Shown here: positions 7,940 through 18,945 of the stretch, one piece after another
Layout: each line of letters starts with the position of its first letter
Numbering within the stretch: the first letter of the stretch is position 1
DNA from: Candidatus Kerfeldbacteria bacterium
Lineage (GTDB): Bacteria; Patescibacteriota; Patescibacteriia; SBBC01; CAIJZX01
NCBI GenBank assembly: GCA_016193315.1
Contig: JACPSJ010000005.1
Location: 68-64,067, forward strand
Direction: 5' to 3'
DNA length: 64,000 bases
Position numbers and translations under genes: made by a program
The notes under the pieces: model-generated
What the model saw: only the letters and a program-made list of their open reading frames with translations
What the model was told of the DNA's origin: nothing
Database searches by the model: none

Positions 7940-8194
7940 ATGGGTAAGCTGAAGCGTCTGACCTGTGAGCAGTTCCGGGGATTGGTGTCTTCGAACGTCA
8001 CGGGCGCCGGGATTTCGGAGGACGAAGTAGACCAGCTGGCCGAGCATGCAAACCATTGCGGTTGGTGTTGCACCTGGGTCGACACAGATCTGGGCGGACC
8101 TCCCGGCTATCTCGAGGAGGCTCAACGCCATCGGATCTTAAGTCTGGCGGAAGGCAAAGACCCGGACGACCGCTTCGACGACGAGGCCACGTGA
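7940..8194 (+). CDS. small protein with an anti-sigma-type zinc finger (zf-HC2-like)
   Basis: GGAGG SD; LTCEQ...HANHCGWC (HxxxCxxC); promoter TTGACG-17-TAGACT at 7833-7861. Confidence 0.65.
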   Translation: MGKLKRLTCEQFRGLVSSNVTGAGISEDEVDQLAEHANHCGWCCTWVDTDLGGPPGYLEEAQRHRILSLAEGKDPDDRFDDEAT

Positions 8195-8238
8195 CCCAAA
8201 GTTCCAAGGGCGCCTGTCTACGAGGGGGGCGTTACGGC

Positions 8239-8604
8239 CTAGGGCAATCCGGGCCGTTTTCTATTCGACCGCTGTGCAATCGCCGCTCGACCAATCATTA
8301 ATCCGAAAAATCCAATCACTAGGTCACCGAAGACGTTGGCTGGTGTCTCCGGCGCAAACGCGAACCCGCCAACCGCTTGTTTCAGTGGAGCCACAAACTC
8401 ATGCGCCTGGACATCGAGATAGCGAAGAGTGATTTCCGCCAGTTCCCACAGCACTAACAAGCTAACGCCAATCATCCAGAATCGGCCTGCCTTGGGGTTC
8501 CAAATCACTACCAGCAATAATCCGATGAACAGGCCGCTGGCGGAGTGAATTCCCGACCACGGCCAGTCAAACACGGCTTCATTGACCTGGCCGAAAAGTT
8601 GCAT
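8239..8604 (-). CDS. membrane protein
   Basis: DWPWSGIH...LWELAE...N..GDL pattern with TM segments. Confidence 0.7.
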   Translation of the reverse strand: MQLFGQVNEAVFDWPWSGIHSASGLFIGLLLVVIWNPKAGRFWMIGVSLLVLWELAEITLRYLDVQAHEFVAPLKQAVGGFAFAPETPANVFGDLVIGFFGLMIGRAAIAQRSNRKRPGLP

Positions 8605-8688
8605 GGTAGAATGATAGCATACACTGCCGGCGCAAACCTCTATCATCAGTCATCAGCAGCCAAACCGTCCGTGGTATAATAATCTTCC

Positions 8689-9036
8689 ATGTCCCCCCTG
8701 AAATTAGTCGAGCAATCAATCTCGAAAGATGAACTCTTGGCGCTCGCCAAGGAGCGTTTTGGTGACATGGTCAAGGCCGTCGTTGACATTGAACGCGGGG
8801 TGATGGTTGTCGGCGGGGAACTTCACGCTGACGCCGAACAGCGGCTGCTTGAACACGGCTCGAACCAGACCGATCTTTGGGGCATCAATATCTATCCTGA
8901 AAAACCCCGGGCCGAGTGGATCGAGTTCGACTCGATGATCAACATCCGGCCCTCGCAGGGAAACCGATCCCGATCGGTGGAAGATGAGGGGATTCGAAGG
9001 CGAATCATTGGGATCGTGAATCGCCTGACTCCATGA
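8689..9036 (+). CDS. DUF5674-like protein
   Basis: MVKAVVDIE...GGELHADAE...WGINIYP...IEFDSMINIRPSQGN. Confidence 0.8.
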   Translation: MSPLKLVEQSISKDELLALAKERFGDMVKAVVDIERGVMVVGGELHADAEQRLLEHGSNQTDLWGINIYPEKPRAEWIEFDSMINIRPSQGNRSRSVEDEGIRRRIIGIVNRLTP

Positions 9037-9368
9037 CCGCCCGTCATACATCGCTGGCGGCCGGCCGGTGGCAAAGCATGACTCTCGCCGAACAACTCGG
9101 CAACGTCGGCAGCGAAGTCTACCGGGCTCGTCGATGGCAGACAAAAGACCGGGCATCGTTCCAAAACGCCTTTGAACGCATGCTGGAGTTGATGGACCTG
9201 ACGATTACCGACCCGCGTTGGCGCCGGCGTGGAGAGTTGTCCCGTGTCCGCGAGGTGCTGTGCGATTACTTTATGGGTGGAAACAGCTACCGGACCGAAC
9301 CAGATTCGTTGCAAGCCTATTTCGACCAGTTCGCGGTGGTAGCGAGAAAAATCAAGGCAGCGGCCTGA
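9033..9368 (+). CDS. helical-bundle hypothetical protein coupled to the DUF5674-like gene
   Basis: ATGA overlap; EQLGNVGSEV.RA...EL.R.RE pattern. Confidence 0.75.
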   Translation: MTARHTSLAAGRWQSMTLAEQLGNVGSEVYRARRWQTKDRASFQNAFERMLELMDLTITDPRWRRRGELSRVREVLCDYFMGGNSYRTEPDSLQAYFDQFAVVARKIKAAA

Positions 9369-9479
9369 GGGTCGCCTCGGTATCTCAGGAGCTCGAGTTT
9401 TGAACCTTTGTCTTTGGGACCAATCTTGACCAAAGTTGGTAGTTTGGTAGGCTACAGTAAAGTATTAACCTCGACCACT

Positions 9480-9713
9480 ATGCCCGAAACACTTGCCCCC
9501 GAAGCGACGGAACGGGACGAACAACAAGCCTTGCTGGAAGCCCGCGTCGACAGCGCGCGCCGAGCCGTCGAACAAGCGAAAACTGAGCTGGCTGCTGCCG
9601 CCAGTGAACGAGAACGTACCATCTGGGAAAATCGCCTCGCCCAGCGCCAATCCGAACTCGATCAGCTGCAAAAAGACCGGGCCCCGATGGAGGGTGACTC
9701 GACGGACGAGTAA
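9480..9713 (+). CDS. small coiled-coil protein
   Basis: E/A/R/Q-rich heptad pattern. Confidence 0.55.
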   Translation: MPETLAPEATERDEQQALLEARVDSARRAVEQAKTELAAAASERERTIWENRLAQRQSELDQLQKDRAPMEGDSTDE

Positions 9714-9714
9714 C

Positions 9715-10248
9715 GTGGCTGGACGATCCCCAGCGATCAGCAATGCGGCTGTCAAAAAGGCGACCGGGAAAACCTGGGTGCAGTGGTTTAGGATTCTCGA
9801 CCGCTTCCCGAAATCAAAAACGCACCGCGATCGAGCCGCCTGGCTCTATAAACGCCATCTCAAACGCGGGTGGTGGTGTCAGATGGTGACGGTCACCTAC
9901 GAACAGGCGCGCGACCTACGAAAAAAACATGAAACCACGGAGGGTTATCAAATTAGCGGCAGCCGGACACTCCCCGTTCCGGTTTCGAGACTCTATGCCT
10001 GGTGCACCACGAAGCGCTCACGGTGGTTCAAAGTCAAGGGCTTGAAAGTCAACGGTGTCACCAAAAATAAATATCTCCATCTCGACTGGCCTGGAGGCAC
10101 GAAGGTAGATATCAACTTCTGGCCTCGGGGCGCAAAGAAAAGTCAAGTTCAAGTCCAGCAGCGCCAGCTAAAGACCGCGGCCGAAGCCAAGAGAATGAAG
10201 CGGTGGTGGGCGAAAAAGCTTGATAAACTTGCACCTCTCATATCGTAG
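9715..10248 (+). CDS. DUF4287-like N-domain plus SRPBCC-like hypothetical protein (start approximate)
   Basis: AVKKATGKTWVQW...GWWCQMVTV.YE pattern. Confidence 0.7.
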   Translation: MAGRSPAISNAAVKKATGKTWVQWFRILDRFPKSKTHRDRAAWLYKRHLKRGWWCQMVTVTYEQARDLRKKHETTEGYQISGSRTLPVPVSRLYAWCTTKRSRWFKVKGLKVNGVTKNKYLHLDWPGGTKVDINFWPRGAKKSQVQVQQRQLKTAAEAKRMKRWWAKKLDKLAPLIS

Positions 10249-10302
10249 CCTAGTTCGCTCCCGGCTAAACAAAAATAATCAGCGCTGTCTGTAAAAAACA
10301 AA

Positions 10303-11943
10303 ATGATCCCCGCTCCCCCTCCACCGAACGCGTCTACTGCTGCCCCGCCCGCGACCAGCAGAGTTGATGGCTTTATCCGTCGCCACGAGTTTTGGTCTTG
10401 GCTGATTGTATTCCTGGCGATTGGCATCTACGGTACGCTCCTGTCGGTCCCAAAGAATATCCGGGAAATCGTCACCTTCGACTGGTTCTATGATCTTGCT
10501 TTCCACATCCTCGTTTGGCCGTCGGACGTCGTCTACGCTTTCGTCAACCAATGGGTCGACTGGCAGGAGAGGGTTGACGCTGGGCTACAAGTTGGGTTGG
10601 CCGCCCTGCTGTATCTCTACCGTCACCTAGAGCGGCGACTAGTGACAAAGCCAACGCCAGTCGTCCGTCGTCAACGGCTATGGCTGGCTGCCGGATCACT
10701 GTCAACTGTCTTGCTGCTAGCCATTATCTGGATCACCACGCCGTTCCCTAAAGATTTTTTGAAGATCTTCACCACTCCTATCCCAGCCCGTGTGATCAGT
10801 GAGACCCCAACGCCGCTCCCTACCCTTTACGTGGCCACCCGCCAAGGAGTATTCCGCGCCTCTGATGATGAAGCGGAGAAACGATATGGCACGCTCCAGC
10901 CATTCAGCCGGACCACGGACGTGATCAAGATCAATACCACCCAATCGGCAGTCTATCTCTACGCCAAACAGGGGGTCCAACGATTCGATCATGGTGGTCG
11001 GCTGAAGAGCGAGTGGAAGCGGACATCATCACCGACCTACCGCCTGCCGACCGCGGAGGAAACCCGAAACGGGGCGGCGGAATACGATGAATTGATGGCC
11101 GGCGTCTACGACCGCGGGAAACTTTACATCGCCGCCAACCGGTCGCTCATTATCCTGGACGAGCAGCTCCGCGAACTCGGTCACCTCAGCCCGCTCCAAA
11201 AGAATGAGCTTAACCAGTACAAAGCGATTGATGACGTTCTAGTCCATGACCAAACGGCTTTCCTGGTCGACGACATCGCTTATCCGCTGTTCGTTTTCTC
11301 GGTCGACATCAGCAACCCTCGGCAGCCACAGCTGCTGCACACCATCGGCGTCGGCGGCGTCTACGCTACCATCAGCAACCAATGGCTCGATCGAGCCAAC
11401 GAGGATTGGTGTTTCCAGCAGGAGACGAGCAGTGGCTACACCGGCAATTTCACTTCCGTCGCCTGCGTCCCGAAATCCCTCTACCGATCGCCTGGCTCGA
11501 CGAACCCCGACGGCTACGGACCAAACGACCCGGCCATCCGAACTATTGAACTCGGAGAAAGTAACCACGAAATCGAGCCCGAACTACGCACCGGCAAAGG
11601 ATTCACTATCTTGAAAGACCTGAACTGGACCGACGACTGGATGTTTATTGAACAAGCCAAAAGCTATGATGACCAAATTGTCGGTCTTGGTTCTGACTAT
11701 TCTGTCCAGGCGCAACAGTCCATTGGTACCAACCTCAGCAGCGGGTCAATAGTTTTCTACCGCTATCGTGATCACGTTTTCCTCTATGCCCTTGACACGC
11801 TCAATGTCCTCCGCGACAATGGCGAGGTGCTGGCCGGTGAACACTCGCAGACTATCCCCCAGGTTGAGGTTGATCGGACCGATGGATACCAAGGGAAGAT
11901 GAAGGTGCCGGCCTGGATAACATTCGCCGCTGATCCACGTTAG
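10303..11943 (+). CDS. membrane-anchored protein with a putative beta-propeller extracellular domain
   Basis: N-terminal TM helices; LVIVD-like VFSVDISNPRQP repeat. Confidence 0.7.
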   Translation: MIPAPPPPNASTAAPPATSRVDGFIRRHEFWSWLIVFLAIGIYGTLLSVPKNIREIVTFDWFYDLAFHILVWPSDVVYAFVNQWVDWQERVDAGLQVGLAALLYLYRHLERRLVTKPTPVVRRQRLWLAAGSLSTVLLLAIIWITTPFPKDFLKIFTTPIPARVISETPTPLPTLYVATRQGVFRASDDEAEKRYGTLQPFSRTTDVIKINTTQSAVYLYAKQGVQRFDHGGRLKSEWKRTSSPTYRLPTAEETRNGAAEYDELMAGVYDRGKLYIAANRSLIILDEQLRELGHLSPLQKNELNQYKAIDDVLVHDQTAFLVDDIAYPLFVFSVDISNPRQPQLLHTIGVGGVYATISNQWLDRANEDWCFQQETSSGYTGNFTSVACVPKSLYRSPGSTNPDGYGPNDPAIRTIELGESNHEIEPELRTGKGFTILKDLNWTDDWMFIEQAKSYDDQIVGLGSDYSVQAQQSIGTNLSSGSIVFYRYRDHVFLYALDTLNVLRDNGEVLAGEHSQTIPQVEVDRTDGYQGKMKVPAWITFAADPR

Positions 11944-11947
11944 GAAA

Positions 11948-12187
11948 ATGCCAAAAACTCGTCATTCGCTCGGTTTCAAAATCAAAGTCCCGCCGGATTT
12001 TGCTAAGGCGCTACGCACCCGACCGCTGACGCTACGAGCGTTTCAATCCATGCCGCCTTCCCACCAGCGCCGCTACGTCGAGTACATCTACGAAGCCAAG
12101 CTAGAAAAAACGCGCCGGCAGCGTATTGCCAAGTCGCTGTCGATGATAGTCGCTGGGGAACGGAAACGCGTGACTGGTTGGTCTTAG
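11948..12187 (+). CDS. OmdA/YdeI C-terminal domain protein
   Basis: VPPDFAKAL...F..MPPSHQRRYVEYI.EAK..KTR..RI. Confidence 0.8.
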   Translation: MPKTRHSLGFKIKVPPDFAKALRTRPLTLRAFQSMPPSHQRRYVEYIYEAKLEKTRRQRIAKSLSMIVAGERKRVTGWS

Positions 12188-12210
12188 CCGCTGGGTAGTA
12201 TTGTAATTCG

Positions 12211-12245
12211 AAAAAGAAAAGAGTTGGGGACCATCGGCCCACAAC
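12211..12245 (-). terminator. intrinsic terminator of the RT gene
   Basis: Minus strand GTTGTGGGCC-GAT-GGTCCCCAAC followed by TCTTTTCTTTTT. Confidence 0.75.
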
Positions 12246-12254
12246 CCTGGAAAT

Positions 12255-13289
12255 CTACGGTTGACGACGCTGCCTGGCCTGTAGCTGGCGATACTCGTCA
12301 AGTGTTTTCTGCTCGATCCGCAGTCGCCCGACTGGGACGCGGCGTTCCGATCGGCGGCCATTGATATCAACCAATTCCCACCGCCGCGGCAAGGTGGCCG
12401 TGAACACGCCCATCATGCCATGCAGCGCGGCCAGATCAACGGCTGCTCCTTTCCGGGCGGCGTGGACGAGGGTCCGAATCCGCCGCAGGTACCAGCGGGG
12501 GCAGAATATTGTGCCCTGCCGATTGAGGCACACACCGTTGATGGTCAGTGGGCCTTTGCGGATATCAAGGTTCTTGGCCTTGCGGTCGCTGACGGTAAAA
12601 CCGGCGTCACGAATCTTCCGTCTGATGACCTGCCGTTTCTTGGTGCCAATCGACCGCTCGCGCGAGGAGAACGTCAGGTCATCAAGATAGCGACTGTACG
12701 TCAACCCATAGCGCTGGCACAGTTCCCCGAGTGGCTGATCCAGTGTTATCGCCACATATAGGTTGAAGAGATCGGGCGAAGCCGGGCCACCTTGGACCAA
12801 CCCGCCGCGACGTCTTTGCCCGATCGGCAACTCGAGCTGGTACGGCTTGTTCGGATTCGGGCCGAAACAGTAGCCGAGCAAGAAATCGAGTACCGCTCCA
12901 TCCTGGACGGTCAACTCCGGACAGTGCTGGCAGATGATACCCGCCAACAGACCGGGGTCGACATTGCAGTAAGCGTGGCGGAGGTCGTAGAGCAAGAAGT
13001 AGCGGTTCGGTCGGTATCTGGCCGGTCGGCCGCGGTTATCGATATAGAGGTGTCGCCGGACATTCACCACCGGCGAACCGGCCGGCCGCGCGCCGACTGC
13101 ATGCGGCATCGGCACGTTGAGGCCCCGGAGAAATCGGACCAAGCGATGGTGCAACAGCCGCATGGCCGGATTCGGCGCGCCGAGCAACCGCACCTTGGTC
13201 GTGCCGCCGAGCGGGTTGACATCCCGATAGCGGAAAGGCTGCCAGGCCGGTTTGCCGGGCAAGCCGGTGGTAAAGCTTTCAAGGATCAT
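12255..13289 (-). CDS. retron-type reverse transcriptase
   Basis: GGAGGA SD before ATG 13289; KVRLLGAP, NVRRH (retron NAxxH-like), YDLRHAY, LVQGGPASPDLFN, YSRYLDDLTFS, LTINGV (VTG-like). Confidence 0.9.
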   Translation of the reverse strand: MILESFTTGLPGKPAWQPFRYRDVNPLGGTTKVRLLGAPNPAMRLLHHRLVRFLRGLNVPMPHAVGARPAGSPVVNVRRHLYIDNRGRPARYRPNRYFLLYDLRHAYCNVDPGLLAGIICQHCPELTVQDGAVLDFLLGYCFGPNPNKPYQLELPIGQRRRGGLVQGGPASPDLFNLYVAITLDQPLGELCQRYGLTYSRYLDDLTFSSRERSIGTKKRQVIRRKIRDAGFTVSDRKAKNLDIRKGPLTINGVCLNRQGTIFCPRWYLRRIRTLVHAARKGAAVDLAALHGMMGVFTATLPRRWELVDINGRRSERRVPVGRLRIEQKTLDEYRQLQARQRRQP

Positions 13290-13431
13290 TACTCCTCCAC
13301 TGATCGGGCGAATATGGAACACTCGCCCGTTTTAGGTTTTTCGAGTCACCCCGAAAGGTGATCGAGACTCACGACAATGATCGTGAGCAGGAGGATTTCA
13401 ACGCCCCGATTATCGAGGCGTCCACACCGTA
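13290..13431 (-). promoter_or_regulatory. RT promoter and structured 5' leader with the shared hairpin
   Basis: TTGCTT-16-(TGA)TACGGT with -10 at 13426-13431; hairpins at 13401-13421, 13368-13387, 13346-13361 (UUCG loop) and 13305-13329. Confidence 0.6.
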
Positions 13432-13444
13432 TCACAAAACTACG

Positions 13445-13804
13445 AAAAAGCAAGAAAAGACCGGGCCCATCGGGTCCGGCTATGCGCAGCGGCGTGGCCG
13501 CAGAATGATCAGCGAGATCCAGGAAGTTGCGCGGGCGTAACGCGCGTTCGCTGAGGTCTGGGTCTTCCGCGCCGGCCGCGGGCGTCCGCGGTCCGAGAGA
13601 AAGAGAACCCCGAACCTGAGAAGGTTCTCCCCGACTTAGGGAGTTCCGTACCACGACAAAGATCGTGGAATCTTTCTTACTTCCTCGACGCTACTTGCCA
13701 CTCCGACCTTGCAAGTTTTCCTGGATCTGGTGGCCGCTCCTTGGAAGGAACGGTGCTGAGACCTGTGACCCCGAAGGATCACTCGGGCCTCCGAACCTAC
13801 ACTA
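13445..13804 (-). ncRNA. RT-associated structured ncRNA unit A
   Basis: TGG-TAGTGT -10 at 13799-13804; long-range stem 13515-13525/13718-13728; shared hairpin 13651-13668; terminator 13445-13479. Confidence 0.7.
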
Positions 13805-13816
13805 CCAAGCCTTAGG

Positions 13817-14143
13817 AAAAAAAGAAAGGCCAGACCCGATGGATCTGGCTATGCAAAGCGGTTGAGCCGCGGAACGTGCAGCGGAAGTGCGGAGACGGTG
13901 TTGCTGTTCGGGCTGGGGCTCGCTGAGGTTCGCTCCACCGCGTGGAGAACGGACGGGTGCGAACCGTGCTGGGTTGTCCCCGAAGGGACTCCCGACCGAC
14001 GACAATGATCGTCGGTTTCGTGTTGCTCCTCGTTGAGTCAAAGAGCCCGAACGTTTTCCGGCCCCGCACCTGGCTTTTAGCCTTCCGGCCTCGGGACGTA
14101 ATACGTCCCTTGTCCGGACCGGAGGCAGGCTGAAGCCATGATA
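13817..14143 (-). ncRNA. RT-associated structured ncRNA unit B
   Basis: TGG-TATCAT -10 at 14138-14143; long-range stem 13906-13914/14044-14052; shared hairpin 13995-14016; cUUCGg hairpin 13976-13989; terminator 13817-13849. Confidence 0.7.
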
Positions 14144-14165
14144 CCATGAATGTTTACAGACGAGC

Positions 14166-14567
14166 AAAAAGAAACCCCCGTGGCACGACGAGGGTTATTG
14201 TCAGCCCTTGCAGGCGTAAGGTTCAGCGGAGGTCCAGGGCCGTTGCGAGTTATGTGGTGGTTGGCGCGATGCTGCGCTCCGTTCGCGGCGCGCGTGCCGC
14301 TGAGTCGCTGCGACATCGATCGCTCATCCAGCGATAACCGTGCGGAGAGACGATGAAGTCGAAGTCCGACTTGGGAAGGATGACTTCCGTTCGGAAGCCT
14401 CCGCCTGACGACGAAGATCGTCAGGGTAGTACTACCTCAGTGGATCTGCCCGAACTGGAACGCCGACCATGGACCGTGTCCTCCGAAACGCCGCGGGAGC
14501 GAGCCCCGTAGCCGGAGCGAGCCGAGTACGCTTGCGGAGTGAAGCCAAGCACGCTGACCATATTCTA
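14166..14567 (-). ncRNA. RT-associated structured ncRNA unit C
   Basis: TAGAAT -10 at 14562-14567; long-range stem about 14227-14236/14470-14485; shared hairpin 14404-14425; terminator 14166-14196. Confidence 0.65.
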
Positions 14568-14613
14568 CCCCGATGATTGGCCGACCCACAAGGGCTTGTG
14601 CTATCCTCAAGCC

Positions 14614-15165
14614 ATGCGCCTCGGCTTCATCCTCATTGCCACTGCGATTGTCATTGTTTTTGTTTCCTGGCTAACCGCCAAGCGCGATACGAGCGAACCG
14701 ACGCTGAATACCAATGCGCCAGCGACCGTAGTCGTCACCAGCTCAGCTTTCACCAATAACGGCAACGTCCCGGCCAAATACACTTGCGATGGCCAAAACA
14801 CCAGCCCACCGCTGCAAATCAGCGGCCAACCGGCCAACGCCAAAGGCCTGGCCCTGATTATGGACGATCCAGACGCACCGGGAAGAACGTACACTCACTG
14901 GCTGGTTTGGAACATCCCGCCGCAAACCTCGACCGTTAGTGAAGGTCAATCCCCCAGCGGCGCAACCGGACAGAATTCCGCCGGCCAGTCTATTTACACC
15001 GGGCCATGCCCCCCAAGTGGCACGCATCGTTACTATTTCCGTGTTTACGCTCTCGATGCTGAGCTGACTCTGGCCGCCGGATCTTCGAAGTCCGACGTGG
15101 TCAACGCCATGAGCGGGCATGTTCTCACCCAGGGCGAATTGATTGGGCGGTATCGTCGGCAGTAA
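14614..15165 (+). CDS. YbhB/YbcL family (PEBP) protein with an N-terminal anchor
   Basis: KYTCDG...SPPL...LIMDDPDAP...HWLVWNIP...YTGPCPPSGTHRYYFRVYALD. Confidence 0.92.
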   Translation: MRLGFILIATAIVIVFVSWLTAKRDTSEPTLNTNAPATVVVTSSAFTNNGNVPAKYTCDGQNTSPPLQISGQPANAKGLALIMDDPDAPGRTYTHWLVWNIPPQTSTVSEGQSPSGATGQNSAGQSIYTGPCPPSGTHRYYFRVYALDAELTLAAGSSKSDVVNAMSGHVLTQGELIGRYRRQ

Positions 15166-15201
15166 AAAACCTCCGGTGGTCCGAAGGTGTAGCGGTTGAT
15201 C

Positions 15202-15507
15202 TTACAAGATCTCGAGGAGAACGCGCTCATATCGCGCGCCGTCGTAAACCGCCCGCCACTGTTGGTCGTTTTGGGTATACCCCAGGCCCCACAGCACCGA
15301 TCCAAAGGCGCGCCTTTGCGCGACGTGGAGGATGCATTCTCCGCGACCGGTGAACTCTATGCCGGTGACGGTCGAGTAGCAGACGACGTTGCCGGCCTTG
15401 CGGAAACCGCATACTCGACCGATGACTTCACGCGGGTCGGTCTTCCCAGTCGCTTGTCTGAGTAGATCCTGACTGGCCCCCAACATCAAGGTCGCATCTT
15501 GGCCCAT
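15202..15507 (-). CDS. hypothetical protein
   Basis: AGGAGG SD before ATG 15507; TTGACA at 15577-15582 on the minus strand. Confidence 0.6.
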   Translation of the reverse strand: MGQDATLMLGASQDLLRQATGKTDPREVIGRVCGFRKAGNVVCYSTVTGIEFTGRGECILHVAQRRAFGSVLWGLGYTQNDQQWRAVYDGARYERVLLEIL

Positions 15508-15822
15508 CGGATGCCTCCTGAAAGAGCGGGAACAGAGATTCGGGAACGACAATACATTGCTACAAGAGAGAGGAGATGTCAATGGACCAAGCGCCCGCCT
15601 GACTGGTAATCGGCTACCAGAAAAAACTCGCCAGCTGTGAAACCGGCGAGATGAGCCGGGTGTGCCCGCATCACCAATTAGCACTCTCCTTGACCCCCGC
15701 CGGAGGTTAGCTGAGCAGGTTCTGCGTTGGCCGAGTTGAGTGTCTCCGAAAAGGAGACTGACCCCTTCCCGTCGTGCCGCTCGGCGGCACTTCCTCCGTC
15801 CCCCTGGCCAGGGAAACGTACA

Positions 15823-15857
15823 TTGACAAATTAGCACTCTCGATGGTAGAGTGCTAA
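15823..15857 (+). promoter_or_regulatory. CIRCE (HrcA operator) overlapping the clpB promoter
   Basis: Perfect TTAGCACTC-N9-GAGTGCTAA at 15831-15857; TTGACA at 15823-15828. Confidence 0.95.
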
Positions 15858-15940
15858 TTCGGTGTTAGCATGTGGCTGGAAGAGCCTTGTAGCTCCCGAG
15901 ATCCTTCCCCCGCCATCCGGCGGGGTCAGGAATACGACCC

Positions 15941-18565
<2,625 letters not shown>

Positions 18566-18616
18566 ATTTATATCAATCTAACCTGACAAAACTTTCCAAG
18601 GGTATATACTGGCAAC

Positions 18617-18945
18617 CTCGATCTTTCCTAAACCGGGTGGGGGAGGAAAGCAAGGATTGGATCGGAGCCCGAAAATAGCGCATCCGAAAGTACCATTTGG
18701 GGAAATTGGATTTTCCCCAACGCGCCGCAGCCCTTAGACGAAAATCGGCTCCATCTGCCGTACCATCGTCAGCGCGGTCCGGTGCCTGTTCGCACGTGCC
18801 GGATAACCAATCCTGGCTACTCAAAGAACGTGGGAGGGCCAGCGGCGTCCATCGGGCGTGCTGCGAGAGTCCTCCTCCATACTGCTTATTCCGCGACTCT
18901 TTAATACCCCGAAGCGCCCCGAGCCTGAAACTTGGGGGCTTTTTT
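18617..18945 (+). ncRNA. orphan structured ncRNA candidate
   Basis: CTGACA-16-TATACT promoter at 18583-18610; nested long-range stems; terminator at 18913-18945; no credible ORF. Confidence 0.5.

Noticed and set aside
13346-14356. Short ORFs on both strands upstream of the RT
   Set aside because: No recognisable domains; they overlap dense hairpins, terminators and promoters that are better explained as ncRNA units
12255-14567. RT as part of a DGR or group II intron
   Set aside because: No TR/VR pair differing at adenines, no Avd-like gene, no intron domain V/VI or maturase domain seen; motifs are retron-like
455-14567. CRISPR array (attC repeats or RT-array repeats)
   Set aside because: Repeats are imperfect palindromes spaced by hundreds of bp of variable length; no cas genes
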